Of a DNA stretch of 64,000 nucleotides, positions 11,361 to 24,390 are shown in pieces. The number at the start of each line of letters is the position of its first letter. Within the stretch, counting starts at the first letter, position 1. The position numbers and the translations under genes were made by a program. The notes beneath the pieces were generated by a model. It saw only the letters and a list, made by a program, of their open reading frames with translations, did not search any database and was not told where the DNA came from. The stretch is from Hydrolagus affinis (Eukaryota): assembly GCA_012026655.1 (NCBI GenBank), contig JAAILG010001386.1:1-64000 (forward strand), given 5' to 3'.

Positions 11361-12862
11361 TATTAAGTTCAAGGTAGGATAGATGCTACTCAAGGCAAAT
11401 TTTTCAGAAACTTTCTCTGTGAATAGAGCCTGATACAAGTGATTCGTCCATTGCAATTCATAGCTGAGGTAACTAATGAGGCTCATACCAAAAAATTGGT
11501 TTCAGCGGATATCTGTGAATGCGGCCCACACAAGCAAGACTCATCGATCACAGTTATACCACAATAGCTATGCTACAACGTGCGCTGTCTAATCTCTATC
11601 TCAAGTCACAGTCTGATTTTCTGCAGGTGTCATTTGCTTGGCTTTTATCAGCAGCAGTGAGTTTCAGCAATCTGTGCATCTGCCTCCGCAGGGTTTTAGG
11701 TTGTAGTGAACACTTATAATTTACAGTAAAATAACTTGAAATGAACAATTCAGCAATCAAAGCAGCTGTCGTCTTTTATTCCCACTTACAATCCAGCACG
11801 TGTGAATTTAAAAATAGCCTCTCCCTTATACTAAGCACCTAAAGAAGTTAGAAGGGCTCAAAAATAGAACTGTATAATTGTGCAAAGTTGCATGAAGCAA
11901 ACATACATGAACCAAATGTGCGATTTCCAGGAAACAAAATCATGCAAAAGTAGCTGCGAGACAACTCAAAATTAACCTCAGGTGTGTGTTATTCCACTAA
12001 CCTCGGCTCTGCACTTGGCATCTGTGAACCTAGTCCACTGTGTAAGAAATGCAGGGAAAACAGCGTTCTTATAAAACAGCAACATAGTAAAAAGAGCTCA
12101 CAATGGAGTCACTGCAGAACCACTAGGTTAAAGAAGCCATGCTGTGGGCTGTCCTGACATCACTTGAATACCTGTAGACCAGCCTGAGGTATAAATTTGG
12201 GTTCCCACCCTCTGATGCTCACCCTCTTCTCTTGTGCTTACTCTCTCCGTCTCTTTGCAACAACAACTTCCATTTATATAGCGGCCTTCACGCAAGATAG
12301 CGTCCCAGAGTGCTCAATTGCTCATCTATTGAGACTGAAGCAGGTAATGAATGTAATGGTGTTAGACTATGGAAAGTTTGTACTGTCTGGCTTGAAGACA
12401 AACCAGAACAAAAGTATGGAACGTTTAATAACTGACAGTGTAAGTGAGCATGAGACATCTTAATTGTTCAATTTCAGCAGTTGTTTTAGTTGAATGAAGT
12501 CTTGCTTTGTTGCTCTGTGCAAATTATAAGATTGCCAACTGGATTAAATTGCCACCCCTGATTATCAATGGTGTTCACTCTCACATGACTGATGAATGTG
12601 ATACCAGTCAATAATGAGTAAAATCGTTATTCCCATCAGGAAACGGAGGTAATGGAACTTTAGGCCTATCCTAAATGTTGCTGAGAGTACAGCTTTTCTT
12701 TTAAGATCGGCTTTAAATAGGTGGCCTAACCTGACAGGACTTAACATGACAGCTCCAGTGGCTCTTTACTTTCCACCATGTCCCCCTCCTTTGAAGGCAT
12801 CTTCATTCAATTTCCATGATCATTGAATGCTACCTGTGCATAGTCCTATACCAATACTTTTA

Positions 12863-13385
12863 GGTGCCAGCCTAGTTCAGTTGGTAGCAGTCTCTTCTTT
12901 AAATCAGAAGATTGTGGGTTCATGCCCCACTGGAATTTGAACTCCTATGGTCTTGGATTGCACTCCAATGCAATGATGGGGGAATTATTGCATTGTTGGA
13001 GGTGCTCATTCTTCACGGAACAAAGTCCCATCTGTCTGTTCAAGTGGATACTAGAGATCCGAGAGCACTACTCTGAAAGAAAAAGATTTTTCTTCTGGTC
13101 TCCTGGCTGACAACCCAGGTAGCAAGCCCACGTGGGGCCCATATGGGCATGGATCCAACCCAATTTGTCCCATATGGCGCCCATATGGGCTTGCTACCTG
13201 GGAATAACCCAGATAAAAATTATCATTCACTTCATGGCTGTTTCCAGAACATTGCTGCGTACAAATGAGCTGCTATGTTTGCCTACAAATACAGTCACTG
13301 CACACGACAGTAAATCCAGTGAAGTACTTTGAGGTTTCCTCCCAACATGAAAAGTGCTGTATTAAATCCAAGCATTATTATTATT
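12863..13385 (+). mobile_element. Old tRNA-headed Deu-type SINE, interrupted by a MITE
   Basis: Head tagttcagttggtagc...gtgggttcatgcccc, Deu-like core, L2-like tail ending ttattatt. Confidence 0.7.
13114..13202. mobile_element. 89-bp MITE with CCCAG...CTGGG ends (EnSpm/CMC-like)
   Basis: 17-bp perfect TIR CCCAGGTAGCAAGCCCA extending imperfectly to ~34 bp; AA on both sides (2-bp TSD). Confidence 0.8.
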
Positions 13386-13697
13386 TGCTATAATAGATGA
13401 GTATCTCAATGAAATGTTTGAGGTATTTCTGGGTCCCCCTGTAGCACACATGGATCAGATTATTTTATTCTGAAACATGATGGGATCTTTGATGTCTCTA
13501 CGTGGTTACACCAATTCCTTCACAAAAAACAGCACCTTGGGAAGTCCTCCCAATGTAAAAGGCGTCACACAAATGTAATTTTGCATTTTTGTATCTTTAC
13601 AAACAACAACATCAACAAAATTACATTTATAGAGCACCTTTCACATTGGAAGGATGTCCCAAACAAAGTGTGATTAATATATTTGCAGCTTCAAGGG

Positions 13698-14560
13698 AAG
13701 GGTCAATAGAAAATTGTGGAAATATTTGCCAAAAATTCCGAGTGAGGGGATTGATTGATTGGTGCTATTGAGAGGTACACTTTACTGCCAACCCATGTTT
13801 TTTCACTTTATTGATAAAAACTAAACATGATGAAATAACACATATCGGGATGTAGCAAAACAGTTTATTAATACTTTCTTTAACAAAACTGTGTGGCCTG
13901 CTCACTCGTGGGGTGGGAGGGGGGTGGGCAGCAGTGGGGGGGAACACCAAAGCAGATATCCACCCAGAAGCTCACCACCTCTTATCTCTCAGGGCCCACC
14001 ACTGCACACAGACACAGAGACCCAGAGAGAGACGTATACGCACAGACAAAGAGAGACACACACTCATAGACACAAAGAGACACAGGCACATACCCACACA
14101 CAAATACACACACACACTATATTCACAGACAGGGAGAAACACACATGCACACATATACTTATAGATACAGAGAAACACTCATGCATACAAACTGAACAGA
14201 GAGAGACACAGAGGCACATTCACATGGACACTGCCAAACGTACATATGCATATAGAGGAGGGAGACATATACAGACAAACTCACACAGAGACACTCACAA
14301 ACACACACATACAGAGGAGAGAGACACACAGACGCGGTCAACAGCGAGGCCTCAGAGTGGAGCGAAGCCCATTTCCCACTTGCACTGCACATGCGCTTTT
14401 TGAGCTGCACGCAGAGACACAGGTGCCAAGGAAACTTTATTTGATACAGATTTTCAGTGGAGAGCGCTTGTTTATAGAGGAGGGGAGATATTTATTGCAG
14501 AGGTGTTTTTTTTGGCAGATTCCACGGAAAAATTATGGCAGCACTTTTCTATCGGCCCGG
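13698..14560 (+). mobile_element. Non-autonomous DNA transposon (hAT-like termini) carrying a degenerate CA/GA satellite, copy 1
   Basis: Ends aagggtcaatagaaaa / ttttctatcggcccgg; internal sequence shared with 48513-49342; degenerate (cacacagaga)n core ~14004-14332. Confidence 0.65.
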
Positions 14561-15335
14561 CTCACGGTGTAATAAGAGCCCGTACCCTCACATCACATGC
14601 AAAAAGTATTCCAAAATACTATTCCAAAGAGATCAAACTACATTTCCTTTTATGATGAATGAAACAAAAGAAGAGTTTGGTCTTCAATATTCATTTCAAT
14701 TAAAAAAACAAGCTTGTTCCTGGTTGTCTGACAGGCTCACTCATTTCTTTATAAAGAACGGAAGAATCTAATGAAATCGTACAATTGAGGCTTTTTAAAG
14801 TTCTGTTTCAAACAATTCCTTATTTCCTAATGCAGAGAGAGATGCATGGCAGCAATGATAGCTTCAGAAACCCAAGGGAGGCTCTATCTTAATACTAATT
14901 TTCAAAATGTCACAAGTTCTATTGCAGGAAGATGCCAGCCGCAAAACGAAGCTAACAGCTTTGAGTGTTCAGTGATTGCAGTCATAAGGCAGTGCATGAG
15001 CCTGGATCCCTGCTAGACAATTCTGGAGGTGATGGGAAAATAGGAGATGACTGTCAAAAGAAAATGTCAATGTGAAAATGCCACTATAGTGATAGTCAAA
15101 TCACTAAAACATTTAAAGCTCAATGATCCATAGAGGATAGACGTTGACCTCAAAGTAGGTGCTTCTTATTTTCTTCCTAATGTATTTGCTCTCTTGGTGT
15201 GGTTCAACAGTCTACTGCTATTCCATTTACCAAGGCTCCCCAGCTACCCTCATCCTCAGCTCAAAAACCATGTGTGAATAAAATAATTGTACATAGATTT
15301 CTCTTGCTTTCTTCACACTCAGGTTTATTATGCTG

Positions 15336-15707
15336 AATAATAATAATAATAGTCCTTGCATTTGAAATAGCATTTTTCACGTCTTCTAGACATCTCAAAG
15401 TGCTTCACATAATATATACTGTAAAGTGAATTGACTGTACGTTTTGTGGGCAAAACGAGGCAGCCAATTGCTCACAGCAGTCGTGTCCCACAAACAGTCG
15501 TGGATCGAGTGACCAAATTATTATTTACTTTATGTATTTATTTATTTTTAAGGGATTATTACTCCTGTAAAATGATCTGCCAACTGATTAACAACTGTGT
15601 TCCTACTTACTGCTGGGTAAACAGAGGCATGCAGAGTAAGGAAATCTGCCCTGCTCGTGAATTGAACCCAGGTCCTCTCGCTTGCAAGACAATATACTGC
15701 AGGACTC
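15336..15707 (-). mobile_element. tRNA-SINE, long subfamily
   Basis: Colinear with other copies, (TTA)n tail, B box gggttcaatt. Confidence 0.85.
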
Positions 15708-16664
15708 AATTAGTTTCTTACTTGAAACTTTTAGGTAAAAATCAGTGGTGTTAAAGTCAGTAAATCCAATCAGTCCGGCGCTGTATCAAATAGAACAATT
15801 ATTATACAAATATACAGAAAACTCAATCATCTGAATTTTTAAACACTTTGCATAAGACCCTAGAAAATTTACTAGATCCTGATTGTAGATTGATTAATAG
15901 ATCCTTCAAGGTGATGTACTGGGATCCTTGGAATAGCTCATTGTTTCGTGCAGAGCAATATTCCGTGTAAGCGAATTAAATCTGTAATATTTACCATTCT
16001 TCCTTCCGTCTGCAATTATTCATATCCCACTTGATATAAACACCCTATTTGATGTAATTTCCAGTTCCTAGTCCTCTGAGAATGTCACATGATATCATTA
16101 TTACAGCTGAGTAGAGAGAATATGGTATACAGCAACTGAAAGGTTATATAATACAGTAAGTGTGCAACAATTGAACTAAATGGCAACACAAAGAATTGCC
16201 ATATTTGTAAAGTGTATATTAGGATCATTTATTGGGTCATGGATCATCAGCATATGATGTGGAAGGGCAGAGCCCAGACATTTCCCCTCAGGAGTTCATT
16301 CCAAACAAATTGCTCAAATATTTATTACAGTTTTTCTATCTCATCATTCTGCATTGCCTGACATTTTGCTGCCAGTTCTTTCATTTATGTTGTGCAGCCC
16401 ATCCAGAAACCGTGTACACGACAATTCATGTATCAAGCAGCAATTGTCTCAATGTTTGAACTTGGTGCAGTCAATACACAATCTTTAAAAATTACTCTTA
16501 ATACTGTGCTGCAAATTTATTATATGGTCTGTGCATTGAATCATGTATACTATAACTTGGGAATACCTCTGGCTTCCGTAAGGAGGTCATACAATGAATT
16601 AACAAATGTATTCATCTGAAATCATTGGACATGAAAGCATTGTAAATCTGATTCAACAAACTAT

Positions 16665-16900
16665 TAGTCACATGGCTCAATTCATAGAATCTTGCCTCGG
16701 AGACCCAGAAGGTTGTGGGTTCAAGCCCAATATCAGTTTGAGCTCACAATATCTGCTGACACTCCAGTCCAGTGCCGGGGGAGTGCGGCATAATTGGAGG
16801 TCCTGTCCTTTAGATGAAACATTAAACTAAGATTCCATTCATCTAAACAGGTAGATGGAAGATAACCCATGTCACCATTTCAAAAGAGAAGGGAATTTTT
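16665..16900 (+). mobile_element. Old Deu-type SINE fragment
   Basis: ggctcaatt...ccagaaggttgtgggttcaagccc...gctgacactccagt...tagatgaaacattaaac. Confidence 0.65.
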
Positions 16901-18128
16901 CAGTTTAAAGTACAATAAAGGCTACTTGTTGTTTCCTTTTTACATATAAGTTTACACATAGTTAATGCAACCTGCCAATGAGGCACCACTGTTAAACAAA
17001 TTAGATAAGTGCTTTGGGACCTTATTTAAACCCAGGAACAATTATAAGGTAATGATGATGCTGAGGTGATCAGCTATACCATTTACTAATTGGAGTTCAC
17101 CGGGGGTGACAAAGACAAATGGGGAAAGTGCAAATATCTTATAATTTGTTCTGTTCAGAAAAGGCAATAACACACATTATACCCAGGATCTGAGGTCAAC
17201 CCAGATGTGATATCCGTTGCCCCATTGATTGGTCGAAATGATTTGACTATTCAGTTACATTTTGGGAGTTGTCAGTTCACAGCAGGCAATCACAGGAAAT
17301 CAACACAAACTCAATTAGCTATGTGCTGACAGCCACAAAACCTGCTCATTCCCAATTTCTTAGTTGAATGCAAGAAAAATTAAAAGCATGCAGATTTTTA
17401 ATGAGTGCAATTATGGAATCATCAGTCACATACTCCATCTGTTCCCAAATTTCGTAGCAAACACAGATTTACTGAATGGCTGTCTCATTGCAAAAACATA
17501 ATGTTCTTTAAAAACAATTAAGTGTATTCATAAATCAGGTGCATCATTCAAGAAACATAAAGCATTTGCTCTTGTGTCGTATGTTTGCTTATTCATTAAA
17601 CGTCAGCTTAAGACAATTTAGGGCAAATTCAAAAGTTTCTGGTAGACTGCTCAGCAAAACTATAAAAGTTATAGACCATTGAACATTAGAGTTTTAATTA
17701 TTTAAGGCAGCACCAATATTCTCACAAAACAGTACAATATCTCAGTCTTGGTTTTGAAAAGTACTTTATCACTGAAAAACTTCAAACATGAAGAATTTAA
17801 CACATCAATTTTTAGTTTGGATTCTCTGACCCCTGTAAGCAGCATTTGTAAGCGACAATGTCCACGCTCTATTGTAAAGACAATGCAAGCAGCAAGAAGT
17901 ATTCAGAGAGAAGTTAGCTACTTATTGTGATCTGCAATTGCATAGGTGATTAAGATGGAGTTTGAGCTCCATGGGTGGAGTGATGGGTGATTAAGATATT
18001 ATGCAGAATAATGAGACATAGGAGGGATGGTAGAGGTTGATGTATTCAAAAGAGGGGAAACAGACAGTGGATAAGGGGATAGATCTAGGGAGGTTTGGGA
18101 TATGAGGGCCAACCCATTGCCATGTTGA

Positions 18129-18228
18129 NNNNNNNNNNNNNNNNNNNNNNNNNNNNNNNNNNNNNNNNNNNNNNNNNNNNNNNNNNNNNNNNNNNNNNNN
18201 NNNNNNNNNNNNNNNNNNNNNNNNNNNN
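18129..18228. other. Assembly gap (100 N)
   Basis: Run of N next to a G-rich tract. Confidence 1.
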
Positions 18229-20149
18229 GGTGGGGCGGGTGGGGCGGGTGGGGGGGTGGGATTGAAGATAGTGGGAGGGGGTGAACAACTGTTGGGTTTG
18301 AGGGGTAGAGTTGGGAAGAATTTCGATGAGAGGAGGTTTTACCTGTCGGAGGTGGGGGATGCAGGACTTGTGTTGTAGGTGGGTGATGGGGCAGTTGGGA
18401 TGGCTGCTCTGGGACAACCATCAACAAATGCTGCAGACTGACCTTGACCTCAGGACTATTTAACAATTAATTCTGGGCTGAGCAAAGCACAAAATTCTCT
18501 CCTTTTCAGCCGATCGGGAGCAGAACACATGTATTAAACAAAAAAAACATTCTATATTAACTAAAAATTATACTTGAAAAATCATTGCATAAAAATAAGA
18601 GTGGCATGGGGCAAGCTGGAAGAAGATGATTTCATTTGCCTTGAGACAGGTAAATCACCCGCTGTTAGCTGTCATCTGCTCCTTAATTAACATAAGAAAT
18701 ACTTCAAAACTACAACAGATTTTACCTTGTGTTTCTTACCCAGGTCTCTGTTAATGGGCACTGCCAGTTGCATGGCTATATTTTGGACCCCACACCAGTT
18801 ACCACATTTGAATATTATTTTGCTCTTTGAGCAGTTTTCTATTTCAGCTCATACAGGGGAGAAAACTTCACCCAGTTCTAAATTTAACTTATCAATGTCG
18901 TGTCTTAGAATATATTAAATTTGGCAATTTGCCAAGGAAATTACATTCTAAAAGAAACCGAAAAACGGCTTCAAGATTAAGATTGCATTCAACAATTTTC
19001 AAAATTTCTGCACGCTGTGAAATGCTACATAAATATAGTAAATCAGAATGCTCTACTTATCTTGTCTGTTCAGATTCTGTTGTTTTAACACCGCTGTTCC
19101 TTATGGCTTTATCCGTTAAAAGAATTTAAGACTTTATTTAGTCTTTCCTGGCTAGATTTCTCACAACTTGAATAACAACTGGCTGCCAATGATTATGGGA
19201 AATACGTAAAAATAAAAATGAATGTACATTTTAAAAAACCTTCCCAATAATCCATTCCCTTTCAGCTTTCATAACTAGCACACAATTAGATGCTGCACAA
19301 TAGCATTCCTATATTCCTTTGTTATAGATTTAATGTAAAAAAATGTTCGCTGTGAAGGTAAAATAAAATTGACTGCTTGGAGATTAGCCTTGAACTACTT
19401 AAGTTCAATCTTTATTTTAAGTAACGACCTTAACTCGTTGCAACAGTATTTGTACAGACGTGCACCTGCATGTTGCTTTGTTTGTCTGTCTTTCTCTCTT
19501 AATCAAGAAATGCTACATAAAGTGGTCAAAACAAGGCAATGAATAGAAGGGTTTTGTAGTGAACAAACCTTTTTCTTCCAATGCTGTACTGGGACTTATC
19601 ACACCCTTATGATGTGGATATTTGGCAGTTTGTGTATCATGAGAACATTATCAATTCAAACACAGAAAATCAGGCTTCACACTATCGCTTCTGTTTTAAT
19701 AAGATGACAAGGGTCAGTATAAATCTTTTAACATCTTGAAGTGAAAATTGTGACATGGGGTTGTCACACCAAGAATACCACTAAAGGTCTTATGATTGCA
19801 AGGGCACAAGGTTTATCATTGATTCTGCAGGGAGTGGAATCAAGCTGATAAAAGTGTTAAGACAAAGGAATAGAAGATGATAAGAGTTTTACCCCCCAAC
19901 AAAGAGAAGGTTAAGAAGAGCTGTCTTACAAGCAAATGTTACTTCCTTTAAGAATTCTATCAGCCTTGTACTATGATCTGTTATGGACTTCAGTATAATA
20001 ATCTCCCCGAATCACAGGGGAGAACATCCCACAAAACAACCATGGAGCTTATCCCTCCAGAATGCCAATCTGTCATCCTTCCATCACAACATCAAGCTGC
20101 TTTTAAACGAGCCCAGTGTCCTGGCCTTAAACACCCTTACTGGAAATCT

Positions 20150-20500
20150 GGTCATTAATTACCCTCTGACTAAAGAAAAAACTTTCTAGTATATGCCTAA
20201 AATTGCCCTTCATATCTCTAAACTTACTTTCTTTTGTTCTACTGTCTTGTTGCATCTGAAAGTAGTGCTTTTCCAATTTTGTTTATATTTTTGTATATCT
20301 CTATGAGGTCTTCTTTGAGTCAGTTTCTCTCAAGTGTGAAGAGCCCTCGGTTGTCTAATTATTGTTCATAGCCCATACCCTTAACACTCGGGATCATCCT
20401 CCTTGCTCTCTTCTGCATAGCTTCTCAGGCATAGCCAGCCTCCTTATGTCACAGTGACCAGAACTGTATACCCTATTCTAGGTGCAGTCTCGCCAGATCA
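20150..20500 (-). mobile_element. Decayed CR1 ORF2 fragment
   Basis: gaccagaactgtataccctattctaggtgcagtctcgccaga is the reverse complement of the LVRPHLEY.VQFWSP coding region. Confidence 0.7.
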
Positions 20501-20612
20501 ATCACTCAGCATGGCACCTCTGACGATGCAGAGCTTCTCCAGGACTGTAGTGGAGCCTGGACCATGGCTGAACAAAGGAAGTCAAGAATTAGGAAAAGGC
20601 TAAGAAGGTGAA

Positions 20613-20972
20613 GGCTTGTGGAGCAACTTGCCTCATAGGCAGAAGACCTAGGTTCAACTTCCAAGCAAAGCAAAATGTTAGGCAAGTTTCTTTCCTCCAC
20701 ATACCTCTGTTTACCTAGCAGTAAGTAGGAACCCCGTTGTAGGTCGATTGGCGAATCACCTTTTCAGGATAATAACCCCTTAACAAATGTTTTAGTGATT
20801 AATAACTTGATCATTCAATCACAAGTTTTTGTGGGACACCGCTGTGCACAATTGACTGCCATGTTTCACCCACAAAAAAGTCAATTCATTGTACACTATA
20901 TTCTATAAAGCGTTTTGAGACATGTCAAAGACACAATAAGGCACTAAATCAAATGCAAGGATTATTATTACT
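20613..20972 (+). mobile_element. tRNA-SINE, long subfamily
   Basis: Diverged head, ggcaagtttctttcctccacatacctctgtttacctagcagtaagtaggaaccc core, tail aaatgcaaggattattatta. Confidence 0.85.
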
Positions 20973-21699
20973 ATCAAAATGCAATAAGGACTTGTAGAAG
21001 ATGACTAATTGAATAGCTAATATAACGCTTAAAGGATATTTAAAGATGAATTTTCGAAAGAGAACGAGAGAGATCAAAAAATATGCTTCAAATGCTGTAT
21101 TTATGAATCAGGTGTAGTTTGAAGATCAGAAAGGCTTTAGGGAATATATCAGATAAAAACATGATGAAGATCAGGAAATAACAGATGCATTAAATAACAA
21201 GAAGTGACAACAGACATGTTAAATACATAGTGAAAGCTGTTGAAGGCTTTCAATGAAATATCTACCCTATATATAACAATCAAGATAACCGATTAACTCA
21301 CAGCTGCAGCAATCACAGGTGAGAAGCTGAACAAGCAGAAAATGAGCTACAGGGCTTGGCCTTTTGTAAGTCGCTGTGTGGAAATGAACCGCCAAAGCTG
21401 AGTGGTAAATGGTAACTGTGCCTTAAAAAGTAAAAACACACCAGTGAGAATGAGGCAAATTAAACTGACAATAAACACTGCTGTTATCATGAGAAGGCAA
21501 AGGGTCAGTGAAAATCCCATCACATTTTGAAGTGAAGATTGCAACATTCTTAACTTATAGAGTCGTAAAGTGAGCGATTAACATGACTATTGTTTCTTGT
21601 TGTTTGACATCACTGCCGATTTGTGATTCTCGCTATATCTTTAGGAAAAATGCAATGCTCTCTGAAGGATCCGTTCAATTTTTTTAATTGCATCAGATC

Positions 21700-21855
21700 T
21701 GGGGAATCCTGTAGCTCAGTAGTTAGAGCACTTGCTTTACATGCAAGAGACCTGGGTTCAATTCCAGGCAGGGCAAAGCTTTGGACATGTTTCTTTGCTT
21801 CACATTTCTGATAATAATCCCTCAACAAAAATAAAAAATTGGTCATTTCAGCCTT
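21700..21855 (+). mobile_element. tRNA-SINE head, short subfamily
   Basis: ggggaatcctgtagctcagtagttagagcacttgctttacatgcaagagacctgggttcaattcc. Confidence 0.85.
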
Positions 21856-21874
21856 GAAAAGTATAATATAGTAT

Positions 21875-21991
21875 AATATAATTAAGTTTTTACATCTTCT
21901 AGACATCTCAAAGAGCTTTACAGAATATATTGTAAAGTGAATTGACTGTGAATATTGTAGGCAAAACGTGGCAGCCACAGGACTACAGGAT
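21875..21991 (-). mobile_element. Internally deleted tRNA-SINE, tail-to-tail with the previous copy
   Basis: Reverse-strand tail and body joined directly to the head remnant actacaggatt. Confidence 0.7.
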
Positions 21992-22555
21992 TTGACATAG
22001 CTGTTTAAAATTGTGTAGAGATTTCCGAGATTTTTAGCCGAAGAATAAGGGGAAGACACCAACAACAATAGCTACTTGAGTTTATAATGTGCCCCTTATG
22101 CAGGATCGCATCTAGGAACTCTGAGTCACCGGAAGGAGAAGGGAATAAAGAAATAAAGAAGAAGGGAACTGGATGGGTGGTATGCTTGGATGAAGTATAA
22201 ACACTGTCAAAGACTACATAGGGTTACATAGAGTGATGCAGCAGGAAAACAGGCCATTTGGCTCAACTAGTCTATGGCAGTGCCATGCTGTACCTTTCTA
22301 TGTAACTCTATAAAGCTAACTACACTTTCAGTCCTCTGATTGCTGACCAGTAAAGCCTTGCTTCATATACATTGGCGGGACAAGTCTAAATTTTTAATTA
22401 TCAATAGAACGGAATTTTAAACAATATTATAATTAGCATGATTGTACACCCTAAAAATTGCACTCAATTGCAGTAAGTTTAATTTACCATGAATTCCATG
22501 ATTAGAACATCATACTATACTACTTATACAATTCTAATAGAAAACATACATCCTA

Positions 22556-22706
22556 ACAGATAGATTTCTTATGGATAAAGGGATTATGGGATATGGGGAT
22601 AAGGCAGGAGTTAGATTAGAAGATCCGCCATGTTCTTATTTAAGGGCAGGGCAGGCTCGATGGGCCGAATGGCCTACTCCTGCTCCCTTTTCTTATGTTC
22701 TTATGT
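22556..22706 (+). mobile_element. CR1 3' end
   Basis: gatagatttcttatggataaaggg...gggccgaatggcctactcctgctcc...ttcttatgttcttatg octamer tail. Confidence 0.9.
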
Positions 22707-24099
22707 ACATTACAAACATAATCAACCAACCAGCTGTAAGTGAAACAAATTGCTGGAAAAATGTACTATGGGCCATATTTTAAAGCAGTGACTTCAAAAT
22801 ATAGATAGCAACATTGAAATAACACTAATGGAAACGCATTATATCCTTTCAAATTACTTTATTAAATATTATTTTATTGATATTTCATTTATTTAAGCAC
22901 TTTATATAGAGTTCATATACAAGAACTGTAGAATTTTCTGCTCAAGTTATAAACCCACACGGAAGACAGATAGCCTGAAGGCTACAAATAATGATTGCAT
23001 AAACCTCCCAAATATAGGATTACCCTGACATGCTATTGTGCCTATGTTTTTCACATTTAACAAAGTCTTAACATCCTTTCCTTATTTTTTTTCTGATACT
23101 GTAATAATATGCGTCACCATAGACTGCTTTAAAGTTTGACCATGTTTGTTGACCAGTTAGTTTATTAAACCCTGGAATTGACACAACATTCCGTTAATAC
23201 AGTATAAAATCCTTAAACACATGTTTACATGATAAATTCAATTTTAATGCTACACAATCAGTTGACAAGATTCCCGTTGACAATCCTGGCTAAATTTGCA
23301 AACTCTAAGCTTTCTTGGCTATTTTGTGGTCAAATCCAGCTATGCTGACTCATTGAAGATTTTCATACCATGTTTACGTTGTGCATCAGGTCTTTGAACC
23401 TATATAGTCTAAGATGACATACCAATGCAGCACTGTGGGAATGTGTCACATTTCTCTCTTCTGATATCGTGGTCAGCAATCCCCTGAATATTAAAAAAAA
23501 ATAAGGTAATTCACCTCATAGCTGCTTGCAGGACGGTGATGTCTGCAAAAATGTCTGCCATATTCACGCACAAAACAGTCATTACATGTCACAGTATATC
23601 CTGTGAAGCATTTTGGGATGCCATCCCAACATAAATGGTACTATACCAAATGTAAGCAGTATTATTATTCTTGCACTTGTGGTGTGTTGGCAGAGATGAA
23701 TACATATTGACAATAATAATCCTTGTAGTTGATATACTGCCTTATCACATTGTCGAGACGACTCATCAGAGATAAATCAGTATTTCCTTGTTGTCAAGCG
23801 CTCCTCCTGGAAAGCAGGTAGAGCAAGTGGTGTGGATGATGAGAAATGGTATCACCTCCTCGGTAGTATTACAGTGTAAGTTGCACCCTCTTCAGTATGA
23901 ACACTACAAGGGTTATTCCAACACTGGACTGACTCCAAGTTTTTGTTGTTGCTGACTCTACCCATAGTTCATTGGATGCTCTCAGGCATTCCAATGGACA
24001 GTCCACAAACTTTCAAGGACAATTTTAAATGTTATTAAAGATTCAATAGCAGACTGAGACACTAATAACATTGAAAAATTCCCAGTTTTGAAAACAGAA

Positions 24100-24390
24100 A
24101 GCCAGCCCAGATTGCCATTGTTCATTTATGCAGCTTGGTAGTGCATATTGGCAGATCACTCAACCATAACGAGCACCCCAGCAAAACCTAGCCTCTACTC
24201 ACTTAGCTGCCACACTCACAATTGGTAGAGTGTTGCAGAGGAACCAGGGGCAGGAATGCTGCGTGGTTTTCTGTTCCCCAACCCTGGGAAGGTTAGGTCA
24301 AATTATATTCCCCATATAGGCCTACCATGGATTCAAACCAATGAGCTCCTGGTCTGCTAGCTGCAACTTTATCTACTACACCATTGAGGG
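24100..24390 (-). mobile_element. Ancient tRNA-SINE relic, family unassigned (related relic ~56200-56450)
   Basis: Reverse-strand B-box-like ggattcaaacc and a gg..tgg/gattttct..ccc segment shared loosely with 56280-56365. Confidence 0.35.

Noticed and set aside
13891-14403. 170-aa ORF (and the 184-aa ORF at 48706-49260)
   Set aside because: Low-complexity translations of a degenerate CA/GA satellite
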